DNA of 64,000 bases from the IMG/VR virus record IMGVR_UViG_2061766007_000422; one strand, 5' to 3'. Position 1 is the first letter of the stretch. Each line of letters starts with the position of its first letter. This stretch comes from an uncultured virus (IMG/VR IMGVR_UViG_2061766007_000422). Its lineage: Duplodnaviria; Heunggongvirae; Uroviricota; Caudoviricetes. Positions 1-9,427 of the stretch are shown here, one piece after another. The notes beneath the pieces were generated by a model. The model saw nothing but the letters and a program-made list of their open reading frames with translations, was not told the DNA's origin and did no database searches. The translations under genes were made by a program, and so were the position numbers.

Positions 1-64
1 ATTTGATATAAATCATATATCAAAAATCTACAATTTATATAGAAAAAAAATGATATTCTTTTAT

Positions 65-93
65 TTGACTTTTTTTAAAATCTATGATATAAT
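65..93 (+). promoter_or_regulatory. SigA-type promoter for helicase
   Basis: TTGACT 65-70, 17-bp spacer, TG-n-TATAAT 88-93; RBS AAAGGAG before ATG 120. Confidence 0.8.
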
Positions 94-119
94 AGAATTA
101 GAAACGGAGGAAAGGAGAA

Positions 120-1475
120 ATGGAGCATACAACAGTAACAGATTTACAATTACAAAATAAACTAATTTTTCGGCGCGGCGACTATAATATTTTGGATTGC
201 GGCATCCGCACTGGAAAAACTTATTGGGCAATAAACAGTCTTAAACAATTTACGCGCGATGGCCAGCTTAATCGCATATTGTTTTTAGTAGATACGACAG
301 CTTTAAAGGATAATCTAATACAAGAATACAGTGATAGCTGTACCGAAGCTGATTATATGTGGGAGCGCCAGCCCAGCTCGTGGTCTATAGAAGAAACTCA
401 AAAGATAGGAGTAATGTGCTATCAACGTTTGGGTCAAAAAGCATTAAAAGATGAACTTGGTTTTCTGGATGAGATAGATGTAATATGCTGGGATGAGTGT
501 GATAGTATATTTGATTTTGCAACGCAGGCTTTTGTAAAGGCTCGGCGGCAAGATTTTGCACGTAAAAGCACATCTAATGCAGAGGTATTGTCCATTATAC
601 AATCTTACTCTACTAAACAAGATTATATGCCTTTAATTTTATTGGGTGCCTGGCAGCGTATTATAGAAGATGGACGCATAATGTGTATTGGCCTTTCAGC
701 TTCTCCGGAGCGCGCATATGCATATTATAAATCACTTGTAAGTGCTAGCTATCAAGGTAAACTTGAAGCTGGCTATCGTATGGCTAATGACATTTATTTT
801 TGTGATGTCATTACTCACGTTGAGCAGCTCACACCTGAACTTAATCGTGGTTATTGGTGTTTCTCTCCTTTTATTGAACCTAATCAGCGTCTTGTGGCGG
901 CGGCAAAAGCCCGTGGCTTTAAAGCAATAGAGCTGCACTCGCCTAATAATAAAGATAAACCTATGACTGAGGAGCAGCTTCGGGTATATAATTGTATTGT
1001 TGCAACAGGATTAGTGCCGCCAGAGTATGATTTTGTGGTTGTAAATAAAGCTTTGGCGCGTGGGATAACAATTATTGACCAGCGTTTTGACCATATTATT
1101 ATTGATTCTTTTCGCCAGGTTGACCGCATACAAGCAGCTCGTCAAACTTTTAAATATCAACGACATTTAAAAGTATTAGCGCCGAGCATACCAGATGAAT
1201 ATTTGAATACATGGCTGCCGGTAGAAAAATGTCGCGAGCTAGCAGAATATATGAATGTGCCGGAGTTAGACAGTAAATCGAATCGTGAAATGACCTGGAA
1301 TAGGCTTAAAGATTATCTTCCAGCTATTGGCTATTCGATAGAACAAAAGCGTAGACGTGTAGATGGTAAATTACAAACCTGTTATTGTATTACTGGCGAA
1401 TGGCACGATGCTGAAGTGGTAGATGACAACGATTTCTTGGAGCTTGTTGCAGCTGCGAACACAGAAGAAGAATAG
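120..1475 (+). CDS. Superfamily 2 (DExD-type) helicase/ATPase
   Basis: Walker A GIRTGKT, Walker B CWDECD, motif III LSAS, motif V ARGITI, motif VI-like QAARQ. Confidence 0.8.
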   Translation: MEHTTVTDLQLQNKLIFRRGDYNILDCGIRTGKTYWAINSLKQFTRDGQLNRILFLVDTTALKDNLIQEYSDSCTEADYMWERQPSSWSIEETQKIGVMCYQRLGQKALKDELGFLDEIDVICWDECDSIFDFATQAFVKARRQDFARKSTSNAEVLSIIQSYSTKQDYMPLILLGAWQRIIEDGRIMCIGLSASPERAYAYYKSLVSASYQGKLEAGYRMANDIYFCDVITHVEQLTPELNRGYWCFSPFIEPNQRLVAAAKARGFKAIELHSPNNKDKPMTEEQLRVYNCIVATGLVPPEYDFVVVNKALARGITIIDQRFDHIIIDSFRQVDRIQAARQTFKYQRHLKVLAPSIPDEYLNTWLPVEKCRELAEYMNVPELDSKSNREMTWNRLKDYLPAIGYSIEQKRRRVDGKLQTCYCITGEWHDAEVVDDNDFLELVAAANTEEE

Positions 1476-1503
1476 GAGCTTCCAGCTCCTATTTTTATTT
1501 TTT
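1471..1503 (+). terminator. Rho-independent terminator
   Basis: AATAGGAGCT-TCC-AGCTCCTATT followed by T tract. Confidence 0.8.
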
Positions 1504-1504
1504 A

Positions 1505-1598
1505 TCCAGCTTCCAGCTTGCAATAAATGTTAAATTTTCAGTTCCCAGCTCGCAACGCTCTGTCTCTTTCCCAGCTTGCAGCTCGCTTCCAGCTTGCA
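1505..1598. repeat. Cluster of short CAGCT(T/C)GC-like repeats
   Basis: AGCT cores at 1508, 1515, 1547, 1573, 1580, 1591, mostly in CCAGCTYGCA context. Confidence 0.6.
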
Positions 1599-1982
1599 CA
1601 GGGCCAAGTTGCGCGAAGTATGTATCCATACAGGGTAATATCTGTATCTGCGCCATTTAATATACCATATTACTTGACCTGACCCCTCACATTATATGAC
1701 CTAATATTCCATATTACATCATCTAATCTCCCTTTTCCTTATACTAATATTATACATCAAATTTCATAATAAGTCAAATAAATAATTTAATCAAATCTTA
1801 ACACAAAAATGCTTGAATTTTAACACAAGGTATGATATAATGAATAGGGGAAGAATGAAGAATGAATATATATAAAAATATCTCCCTCCCCAGTATAGCA
1901 TAATTATATTAAGATACAGGGTGAGTTGTGTAAAATATATGTTAAAATTTGGGCCGGCACGAAAGTTTACAGAAAGATAATA

Positions 1983-2216
1983 CTACATTTCTACATCAAG
2001 CGCTACACGCTCTATGGTGTATGCGCCCCTATAAGTATAATAAATTTCGCCCCATATAGTGACCTCTTTATCTATAATATGTTCAATGGTTTCATTGAAC
2101 ATTTTTTTAAGGGCAATTCGCGCGATTTCTATGGTGCTATACGCACCTAAAACGCCACCTTCATTATTTATTGCGTCCTCTGAGGGAAGATAAGAAACAA
2201 CATAAACGTAGTTCAT
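1983..2216 (-). CDS. Hypothetical protein
   Basis: Start moved to MNYV (RBS AAAGGAGAG). Confidence 0.7.
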   Translation of the reverse strand: MNYVYVVSYLPSEDAINNEGGVLGAYSTIEIARIALKKMFNETIEHIIDKEVTIWGEIYYTYRGAYTIERVALDVEM

Positions 2217-2229
2217 TTTTTCTCTCCTT

Positions 2230-2487
2230 TTAGTCAAAGAATAAAGATTCTAAATCAGTTTTAGTAAGAGTAATGAAAGTGCTAAATTCATTATAATTCG
2301 CGTCAAACCAAGATATTTCTGCGCCATCATTTTCTAAATATAAATCTTCTTTATATTCTTCTTGTTCTTTACCCTCTTGTCTTAACTCATACAGTTTGGC
2401 TTCTGCGCTTAATTTGTCGTGATAAAGTTCAAAAAAGTTATCGCCCTCATAGTTGTCATAAGTGATTACATATACAGTATCGTTCAT
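2230..2487 (-). CDS. Hypothetical acidic protein
   Basis: 85 aa ORF with RBS AGGAGAG and own promoter. Confidence 0.75.
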   Translation of the reverse strand: MNDTVYVITYDNYEGDNFFELYHDKLSAEAKLYELRQEGKEQEEYKEDLYLENDGAEISWFDANYNEFSTFITLTKTDLESLFFD

Positions 2488-2593
2488 TTTTTTCTCTCCT
2501 TTGTTTTTTGTATATTCATTATAGCGCGAAAATTCTAATTTGTCAAGTTAAAAGAATGTAAAAATTGCGGCCGGCCATAAATTAAAAGGACGA

Positions 2594-2797
2594 TTACTCG
2601 TCCTCATCATCACCTTCATAATTTTTTAGTCCATCTTCAAATGTGAGGGTATAATGTTGTGTCCAATCATAAGTATTAGCACATTTTGGGCAAAAACCTG
2701 TTACATAATGACGTATCATTTTACTATCGCTACTAATGTTATCGCAGTCTAAATCTTCTTCAATTAGTAAAGTGACATTACATTTGGGGCATTTCAT
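2594..2797 (-). CDS. Small Zn-ribbon protein (paralogue family A)
   Basis: CPKC...CPKC..Y.WTQ.Y; start MKCP after AAGGAG. Confidence 0.75.
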   Translation of the reverse strand: MKCPKCNVTLLIEEDLDCDNISSDSKMIRHYVTGFCPKCANTYDWTQHYTLTFEDGLKNYEGDDEDE

Positions 2798-2810
2798 ATT
2801 TTTATCTCCT

Positions 2811-3089
2811 TTATTTGTTATTAGTATAAATATTTTGAGAGTCAAGTAAAAACGAACCATCAAACGTATCGTTAAATTCTCCAAGTGATAAATTTTTTAT
2901 TGCTTGCTGCCAATTTTCACCAAAAATATCTTTAACGCTACTTGACCCATCATTACCATTGAAATAAAAAATTTCAGTATTTTCATTAAGCCAATCATAT
3001 TCAATTAGAAAATTGATAGCACTAATATAATTCATAGCAACTCTAATTAAACCATGATTTTCTTCGCTGATTAGGATAACATTATTCAT
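2811..3089 (-). CDS. Hypothetical protein
   Basis: 92 aa with RBS GAAGGAG and promoter. Confidence 0.75.
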   Translation of the reverse strand: MNNVILISEENHGLIRVAMNYISAINFLIEYDWLNENTEIFYFNGNDGSSSVKDIFGENWQQAIKNLSLGEFNDTFDGSFLLDSQNIYTNNK

Positions 3090-3144
3090 TACTTTTTATC
3101 TCCTTCATTTGATAAATCAATTATACCATAGAGAGGGGTATTTG

Positions 3145-3333
3145 TCAAGTTGAGATTATGTTATAAGGTGGGCGCAATCCTATTTTTAGTGGTCTTTTAT
3201 AATCTATCCAAGGTAAGTAATGCGTGCGCTTTAAGTAATTACGAGGGACGAATAAATCGCGCCATTCGCGCCAGTATTTTTTATTTATATTATTTTTAAT
3301 CTTGCTAATAGTACGTTTTCTTTTGGCTTTCAT
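3145..3333 (-). CDS. Small basic hypothetical protein
   Basis: 62 aa K/R-rich; RBS AAAGGAG and promoter. Confidence 0.6.
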   Translation of the reverse strand: MKAKRKRTISKIKNNINKKYWREWRDLFVPRNYLKRTHYLPWIDYKRPLKIGLRPPYNIIST

Positions 3334-3474
3334 TTTTTTCTTCTCCTTTGCTTTTTGTGATTATATTATAACACTGGATTAAAGAATTGTCAAGTTATAT
3401 TCATGTTAAGTTGGCGCCTGGTGGCAATTGAATTTGGACGTTTAACATCCAAATAATTAAAGGGCTTCGCGCCC

Positions 3475-3768
3475 TTATAGTATAGCATTTCTTTTTCTGC
3501 GCCAAAATCTCAAACCAAAAGGTATGCGTATGATATAATAATTACCAAACCATATTTCATGCCATACAATATCAGGGCACTTTGAACGAACATAGTATAT
3601 TTTGGCAGAAGGATTATCTTTAAAATAACCTATTCCTATGCGTTTATCATTTTGTCTAATAAGATTTTCTAAATCTTCTCTTACATCTGATGGAAGGGAA
3701 GGAATTTCTGTGCCCCAATAAAAGGAACAATGTTTTCTGTATCTGTTGTAATATTCAATAAAGCCCAT
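3475..3768 (-). CDS. Hypothetical protein
   Basis: Start MGFIE after GAAGGAG; promoter upstream. Confidence 0.7.
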   Translation of the reverse strand: MGFIEYYNRYRKHCSFYWGTEIPSLPSDVREDLENLIRQNDKRIGIGYFKDNPSAKIYYVRSKCPDIVWHEIWFGNYYIIRIPFGLRFWRRKRNAIL

Positions 3769-3842
3769 ATTTTTTATCTCCTTCATTTGATAGTTTGATT
3801 ATATCATAAAGTAAGTGATATGTCAAGTTAAGATTATGTTAT

Positions 3843-4025
3843 CTATTCAGGTTTAATTCCACATTCATCAGTAAGAGTATAACGCTGTAACCATGTATAC
3901 CATTTATGACATTTAGGACAACATCCTAATACTTCGATTGTAAAGTCATTGTAACGGTTGGGCCCACGATTATCCTCAATATCCTGAGCAATAAGAAGCT
4001 GATTTTTACATACGGGACAATACAT
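3843..4025 (-). CDS. Small Zn-ribbon protein (family A)
   Basis: CPVC...CPKC..YTWLQRY; start MYCP after AAGGAG. Confidence 0.75.
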   Translation of the reverse strand: MYCPVCKNQLLIAQDIEDNRGPNRYNDFTIEVLGCCPKCHKWYTWLQRYTLTDECGIKPE

Positions 4026-4134
4026 ACTTTTGTACTCCTTTTCTTTACTATAATTAGTATACCATTGAAAAGGCAAATTGTCAAGTTAAAATTATATAAA
4101 GTTGGCGCCGGCACGGATAAAAAGTTGAGGACGA

Positions 4135-4338
4135 TTATTCGTCGCCCTCGTCAGAATCATCTTCTAATTCTACTTCTTTTACAAGAGCATAGAACTGCGT
4201 CCATGTGTAGGGATGCGCGCACTCTCTGCATTTACCCATTACGCGCACTTCAATTGTATCAAATTGGGGGTGTTCTACAAAAAGGTCGCCAGTTGCATCG
4301 ATTCGCGCGCCACATTTGGGGCAATAAATCAAATTCAT
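4135..4338 (-). CDS. Small Zn-ribbon protein (family A)
   Basis: CPKC...CREC..YTWTQFY; RBS GAGGTG. Confidence 0.75.
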   Translation of the reverse strand: MNLIYCPKCGARIDATGDLFVEHPQFDTIEVRVMGKCRECAHPYTWTQFYALVKEVELEDDSDEGDE

Positions 4339-4350
4339 ATCCGTATTCGT

Positions 4351-4599
4351 TCACCTCTTATTTTCATCTGTTAATCTTCTTATTGTTTCTTCTGCCATGA
4401 GCGCAACGAGTGCATTTATTTCTTCTTCTCCAATAGTTTCATATATCAATTCACCATAAGTATTTTCTAATACTGAACGAGCGCATTCATCAAAAGAACG
4501 ATTTTGACTATCGACATACATTTTATATGCTTCTATTGAATAGTTTTCTATTTGATAATCATAGACTTCCATGACTGGTCTTAATTCCATTACTACCAT
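4351..4599 (-). CDS. Hypothetical protein
   Basis: 82 aa with RBS and promoter. Confidence 0.7.
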   Translation of the reverse strand: MVVMELRPVMEVYDYQIENYSIEAYKMYVDSQNRSFDECARSVLENTYGELIYETIGEEEINALVALMAEETIRRLTDENKR

Positions 4600-4713
4600 T
4601 GTTTGCGTTCCTTTCTTTTTGTATTATCATTATACTATGGAATGGGGAAGTTGTCAAGTTAAAAGAATGTTAATCGCGTGGCCGGCGCCATGTTAAGAAA
4701 AGGTAAAGAGGCC

Positions 4714-5049
4714 CTACTTGGCCTCTTTTTCCTTTATCTTGGCTTCGCGCTTGGCCTTGTCTGCTTCTGCCTTTTTAGCACGTTCCTGTGCCTTGCGCTG
4801 TTTCTCTGCCTGCGTATCCTTATAAAGTTTGATTTCACTTTCCATAAGTTCGCGCGCAGTCATATCTTCGCGCTCTTCTGCGACAATCGCGCCCAAACGC
4901 ACATAACGTTCTACACCATTCAAGTCAGTTAGGAGAATACCATACTGTCTATCATTGATTTTAACGAAAGGCCCATTTTCAACATCAAGTTCCTCAAACA
5001 CATGAACACGAAGGTCAGAGTCAATAACATTCTTAGAGATTTTAGCCAT
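4714..5049 (-). CDS. Hypothetical protein with K/A/E-rich C-terminal helix (family B)
   Basis: Resembles 10207-10605 (D.nG.E.y/f.V motif, KREAK tail). Confidence 0.8.
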   Translation of the reverse strand: MAKISKNVIDSDLRVHVFEELDVENGPFVKINDRQYGILLTDLNGVERYVRLGAIVAEEREDMTARELMESEIKLYKDTQAEKQRKAQERAKKAEADKAKREAKIKEKEAK

Positions 5050-5123
5050 AATTTTTTCCTTTCTGGTGTTTTAGTGTTTTCCTTCACTTTCTAAATATAT
5101 TATATCACAAAATTTGAAATTTG

Positions 5124-5243
5124 TCAAGTAAAAATTTCTTTAATTAGAAATTTTACAACGATATAACAAGCGCCAAAAAACGCGACAAAAGGCGCAAGAG
5201 GAAATGCCCAAGAGGGAACACGCAAGCGTAAATTCATAGTCAT
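5124..5243 (-). CDS. Small membrane peptide (39 aa)
   Basis: Read manually: MTMNLRLRVPSWAFPLAPFVAFFGACYIVVKFLIKEIFT; RBS AAAGGAG and promoter. Confidence 0.6.
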   Translation of the reverse strand: MTMNLRLRVPSWAFPLAPFVAFFGACYIVVKFLIKEIFT

Positions 5244-5350
5244 AGTTTAATTTCTCCTTTGCTTTACTATAATCATTATACTACCTACTTCCCATTTTGT
5301 CAAGTTAAATAATTGTTAAGATGGCCGCCGGCGCGAAAATTAACGAGAAA

Positions 5351-6049
5351 TTAACCCTCGTTAATTTCTCGCTTAACATCTGTCCAACAGTAGGGACGAA
5401 TACCCATACCTTTAGGAAAATCGTTATAATTTTGTAAACAATAATTCATAATTTCTTGCTCAATTTTAACATCTTCTAAACCTTTGTGTTCTTCTGAAAA
5501 TAAGGGGTTATTTGTTAAGAAAGCATAAACTGTTTGTGCATTTGCTCTATAATTCTTCCCATTATTTGAAATAAATCCATAATTTTCTGCAAACTCTTTA
5601 TACTCTTTTGTTTGACATATAGTTTGGCAAGCCATATTCCATATACAAACAAATTCTGTATCGTAAGGGAAAAACCATCTAAATCTTGACTTTGTTAAAT
5701 ATCTTAAGGTATTGTTAAGTGCGTTTCTGTCAAACCTACAATTATATGCTACAACAGTTTTACAATTATATTGCGCCATTTCGTCAAGAATTATTCGCCT
5801 TGCTCCCATAAAACTAAACATTTCACGCTCTTTATGCTGTATATCTGTAATATATTCGTCAATTTTATCAGCATAATATGCTTCTTTTACAACGTCACGC
5901 ATATCACAAAAAATATCACGAACCACAAAAGCGTGTTCTGTTAAGATTGTGTTATCAAGCGTGACTAAACGAGTAGAAATATCATAAGTTAAGGCGCAAT
6001 CAGTATCATTAGCAGTTTCAACGTCTACGAGGAGTTTGTTTTCAGTCAT
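5351..6049 (-). CDS. DEDDh-family 3'-5' exonuclease
   Basis: ExoI DVET, ExoII AYNCRFD, ExoIII HKGLED. Confidence 0.85.
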   Translation of the reverse strand: MTENKLLVDVETANDTDCALTYDISTRLVTLDNTILTEHAFVVRDIFCDMRDVVKEAYYADKIDEYITDIQHKEREMFSFMGARRIILDEMAQYNCKTVVAYNCRFDRNALNNTLRYLTKSRFRWFFPYDTEFVCIWNMACQTICQTKEYKEFAENYGFISNNGKNYRANAQTVYAFLTNNPLFSEEHKGLEDVKIEQEIMNYCLQNYNDFPKGMGIRPYCWTDVKREINEG

Positions 6050-6200
6050 TTTTTTCTTTGTTCCTTTCGTTTTTACAGTTATGATTATAACATTCTTGCC
6101 TCATTTTGTCAAGTAAACTCTTTGTTAAGTGGCGCGCCGGCCCGAAATTTAACATAATCTTAACATTAAATATAAAAAGAGGGCGTAAGCCCTCTTGGAC

Positions 6201-6539
6201 TTACGCCTTGGTGTATTGATTAGCACCCTTGGCATTCTCAATCTTTACCACTTCATCATTCCAGTAGTGGAGAAGCGCGTACTGTATCTTGGACTTAGAG
6301 AAGTCAGTAGGCAGAGCGTCAACACAAGCGTTAAAGATTTCAGTTACAGTCATGGGAGTATCACTCATTACTTCCATTACAGCGTCATGCGCAGCAGCGT
6401 ACAGCTCGCGATTAGCCTGCGCCTTCTCTTCGCCCTTTTCGCGCTCAGCTCGCAGGTCAGCAACAGCGTCAGCGATGGACTCAGGAATGTCAGTGGCTTC
6501 AAAGTAGTTGGTCAGAGCGATAAGAGTGGACTTCTTCAT
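6201..6539 (-). CDS. Putative winged-helix DNA-binding protein (family C)
   Basis: N-terminal helix plus PMTVTEIF..LP.DFS.SKIQY.L...KG.N.Y; paralogue of 7522 and 11245. Confidence 0.7.
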   Translation of the reverse strand: MKKSTLIALTNYFEATDIPESIADAVADLRAEREKGEEKAQANRELYAAAHDAVMEVMSDTPMTVTEIFNACVDALPTDFSKSKIQYALLHYWNDEVVKIENAKGANQYTKA

Positions 6540-6618
6540 AGGTTGTACCTTTCTGGTTTTGTAAAGAGTTTTCCTTCTCTTATTTACATTTTTATTATAT
6601 CACAATTTTGTAGATTTG

Positions 6619-7104
6619 TCAAGTAATAAATGAAAAATTTGCTTGAATTTTACGTTTAGGAGTTAATTGATATTTTATATATTTATATATTGTTTTAGTA
6701 TCAATCTGGAAATGTTTTGCGCATTCTGTAATTGTATCGTATATTTCTATTGCTCCATTTGTAAATTCTACTTTAACTTTTTGTCGTCTTTTATGATTTA
6801 AATTTAATCTATACTGTGTATTTTCTTCTGAAGTACACCATTCTAAATTTGATAGCATATTGTTATTTATATTACAATCAATATGATTAACTTCTAAATT
6901 TTCCATATTCTCACAAGGTGAAAAAGTTTCTAAAACCAATCTATGGATTCTTTTCATATATCCTTTGTGTTCTTTCCAGAGTTGAACAATTTTATAGCCT
7001 TCTTGATTTTGACAAATTGAAAGTAATTTATTAGTTTGATTATTTTTAATTTCACCAATATCTGAGATAGAATAGTTTGGGAAATCTTTAATTACTTTCC
7101 ACAT
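6619..7104 (-). CDS. NUMOD4-HNH homing endonuclease
   Basis: WKVIKDFPNYSISDIG (NUMOD4), HRLV..EVNHID..NN..NLEW (HNH), C-terminal NUMOD1-like HTH. Confidence 0.9.
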   Translation of the reverse strand: MWKVIKDFPNYSISDIGEIKNNQTNKLLSICQNQEGYKIVQLWKEHKGYMKRIHRLVLETFSPCENMENLEVNHIDCNINNNMLSNLEWCTSEENTQYRLNLNHKRRQKVKVEFTNGAIEIYDTITECAKHFQIDTKTIYKYIKYQLTPKRKIQANFSFIT

Positions 7105-7288
7105 ATTGTTTTCCTCCTTGTTATATTATCCTTTTCCTTGTCCTTTTGTAATTATATTATAGCACAGATTGTGCGCTATGTCAAGTTAAGAGTTTGTTAA
7201 GCACTTATTCTCTTACCCTTTTATTTCGTGCCACCCTGCTTATCCACAGCATAATATGCCTGATACAAGTTTCTCAAGGGTACAGGGG

Positions 7289-7379
7289 GTTCTTGAGGGT
7301 TTTTGTGGAGTTTAGCCTTTTTATTTTTTTTCGAAGTCGAAAGCCAATGCTGTTTCGCTCTGACCTCTCCCTCAAGAAC
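7289..7379 (-). ncRNA. Putative structured small RNA
   Basis: Promoter TTGACA 7409-7414/TATACT 7386-7391; terminal inverted repeat GTTCTTGAGGG (7289-7299)/CCCTCAAGAAC (7369-7379); no credible ORF. Confidence 0.55.
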
Positions 7380-7521
7380 AATATAAGTATATCATAAATT
7401 TGGGATTTTGTCAATAGTTTGGAATGTTAAAGGTTTGTTAAGTTCGCGTCCGGCCGCAAATTTAACGTAAAATTAACGTTGGGCGCAAAAAGAAAAGGGT
7501 CGCATAGCGACCCTTTAGAGT

Positions 7522-7914
7522 TTAACCTACCAACTGATAGGTGTTAGGCTTACCCTTGACCTCAGTCTTAGTCAGTTCAACAGCCATCTCACGAATGAGA
7601 ATGTTCTGCACTTTCTGCCAACTAAAGTCAGAGGGCAACTCGTTCTTGGCAACCTCAAACAGCTCCTTAGCAGTCAGAGGATTGCTCAGATACTTGCGAA
7701 GCACAGGAGTAACCTTGGCGAGCAGCTCGCTCCTCGCAGCAGCAGTTTCAGCCTTGCGCTTGGCACTCAGCTCAGCCTTCTTCTCCTCACTCATAGGAGT
7801 GCGAGCCTTTTCAAGTCCTTCAAGCATCTTCTGAAGGGTTTCCACAGCCTCATCGTTAGCATTGTCAATGGACAGGACAGCGATAGCTCTTTCGATAGCG
7901 TTCTTCTTAGTCAT
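7522..7914 (-). CDS. Putative winged-helix DNA-binding protein (family C)
   Basis: PLTAKELF..LPSDFSWQKVQNIL..KGKPNTY. Confidence 0.7.
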   Translation of the reverse strand: MTKKNAIERAIAVLSIDNANDEAVETLQKMLEGLEKARTPMSEEKKAELSAKRKAETAAARSELLAKVTPVLRKYLSNPLTAKELFEVAKNELPSDFSWQKVQNILIREMAVELTKTEVKGKPNTYQLVG

Positions 7915-8007
7915 AATGTTGTTACCTTTCTCGTTTTTGAGAGTGTCGTTCTCTTTTTGATGTATTCATTATACCATTGATTTGGTAGAATGTCAAGTTA
8001 ATTGTTT

Positions 8008-8062
8008 GTTAAGTGAGGGACTTTTTGTTTTGTGAGAGAGGAGTTTGTGTCCCTCACTTAAC
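8008..8062 (-). ncRNA. Putative hairpin small RNA
   Basis: Perfect 14-bp stem 8008-8021/8049-8062 starting at the predicted +1 of promoter 8069-8097. Confidence 0.6.
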
Positions 8063-8109
8063 GTATTTATTATATCACAGTTTTCAAGGTTTGTCAAGTC
8101 TTTTCTTTG

Positions 8110-8164
8110 TTAAGATTTTGAGAGAGGGGTGTTGGTGAGGGAGTTTGTTTTCCCTCAACCAACA
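8110..8164 (-). ncRNA. Putative hairpin small RNA (related to 8008-8062)
   Basis: Stem 8130-8142/8151-8164 at the +1 of promoter 8170-8198; shares ACAAACUCC and CUCUCUC. Confidence 0.55.
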
Positions 8165-8286
8165 ATAACATTATATCGCAAGTTTCCCAAATTGTCAATA
8201 GTTTTGCGCGTTAAGAGTATGTTAAGTTTGGCGCCGGCACATTGATTAACAGAACTATAACAAATTCTGTTAATCATAATTGCGTT

Positions 8287-8466
8287 CTATACATAATATT
8301 TTTTACATTCCCATATCAATCCATTATAGTGTAGTATTTGCGCGCTTAATGAATGTTGGTAATGTGCTTTAAAATATGTGTATGCTTCTGTTTTGTTATA
8401 AAAATATATACGAGTATTTTTGCCATCCCATCCTGTAATGTAAACACACCATTTCATTGTGGTCAT
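8287..8466 (-). CDS. Hypothetical protein (59 aa)
   Basis: Read manually MTTMKWCVYITGWDG...KKYYV; RBS AAGGGG. Confidence 0.6.
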   Translation of the reverse strand: MTTMKWCVYITGWDGKNTRIYFYNKTEAYTYFKAHYQHSLSAQILHYNGLIWECKKYYV

Positions 8467-8469
8467 ATA

Positions 8470-8715
8470 TTATCCCCTTTTTCCATGATTGATTCTAATT
8501 TTTATACGATGTCTTTTCAAAGCAACATGAATGAAGTGTTTTTTCTTCTTCGCTGCACGATACATCGCCATCAGACAATTTTTGTTATTGGCTGACTTAC
8601 AATTATCAACATTGATACCACCCCACCATATTTTATTCATCATAGGGTCATAATTATACTGCCTGCCATAAAGGATAGATAAATCTGTGAAATAGCGCCA
8701 TTTACTTCTACTCAT
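8470..8715 (-). CDS. Basic hypothetical protein
   Basis: 81 aa with RBS. Confidence 0.65.
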   Translation of the reverse strand: MSRSKWRYFTDLSILYGRQYNYDPMMNKIWWGGINVDNCKSANNKNCLMAMYRAAKKKKHFIHVALKRHRIKIRINHGKRG

Positions 8716-8732
8716 GTTCCTGTTTCCTTTTC

Positions 8733-8885
8733 TTATATATTATCCTCATATTTCTTATATTTTGGCGTGATAAGCTTCTTGCGTTTTTTGTTGGGGATAA
8801 TTTTGGTTATGGGTTTAATATCGCCCCAATCTTTGCGCTGTTTGCGCCAAGCATCATACATGGGGTTGTTTTCTTTCTGCTTCAT
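8733..8885 (-). CDS. Small basic protein (50 aa)
   Basis: Read manually MKQKENNPMYDAWRKQRKDWGDIKPITKIIPNKK...; RBS GAGGGAG and promoter. Confidence 0.65.
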   Translation of the reverse strand: MKQKENNPMYDAWRKQRKDWGDIKPITKIIPNKKRKKLITPKYKKYEDNI

Positions 8886-8972
8886 TTTTCTCCCTCACTT
8901 TCTGTATATATTATAGCATAAGAATGAAATTATGTCAAGTTAAGATTATGTAAATAGGCACTTATGTGCCCA

Positions 8973-9317
8973 TTAGATTTTTATCCATTCATCTATATCA
9001 TAATTATATTTATATTCGCCTATTTTATTAGGAATGTCTACAAATCCATAATAATTTTTTAAAAATAATATGGTTTCTTCACTTAATGGCAAATCAACAC
9101 ATAAATGTTCTACTTCATTAAAAACATCTTCAAAAGTATATAGTGCTTCTTCAATATCTTCTATGCCTGCGATTGACATTAAATTTTCTGCCTTATCATA
9201 CATGCGCCAACATCTTGAAATTTCATTTAGTTGATTAAAATAACTTTGCTCATATTCAAAGCATTCTTCTTCTGTTTCAAATTCTTCTTCGTCAAAAGCT
9301 TTGTAAATAATAGTCAT
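8973..9317 (-). CDS. Acidic hypothetical protein
   Basis: 114 aa; YKAFD..EFETEEEC..YE N-terminus. Confidence 0.75.
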   Translation of the reverse strand: MTIIYKAFDEEEFETEEECFEYEQSYFNQLNEISRCWRMYDKAENLMSIAGIEDIEEALYTFEDVFNEVEHLCVDLPLSEETILFLKNYYGFVDIPNKIGEYKYNYDIDEWIKI

Positions 9318-9427
9318 AATTTTTTCTCCTTGTTTTTTGTAATTAAATTATATCATATAAAGATATAGTTGTCAAGTTAATTATATGTAAAATGGAAGGC
9401 CGGCGCGAAAGTGGGCGCGAAGCCCAC

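Noticed and set aside
6619..7104. HNH endonuclease as the enzyme acting on the dyad sites
   Set aside because: It is an ordinary NUMOD4-HNH homing endonuclease type; nothing in the sequence links it to the motif.
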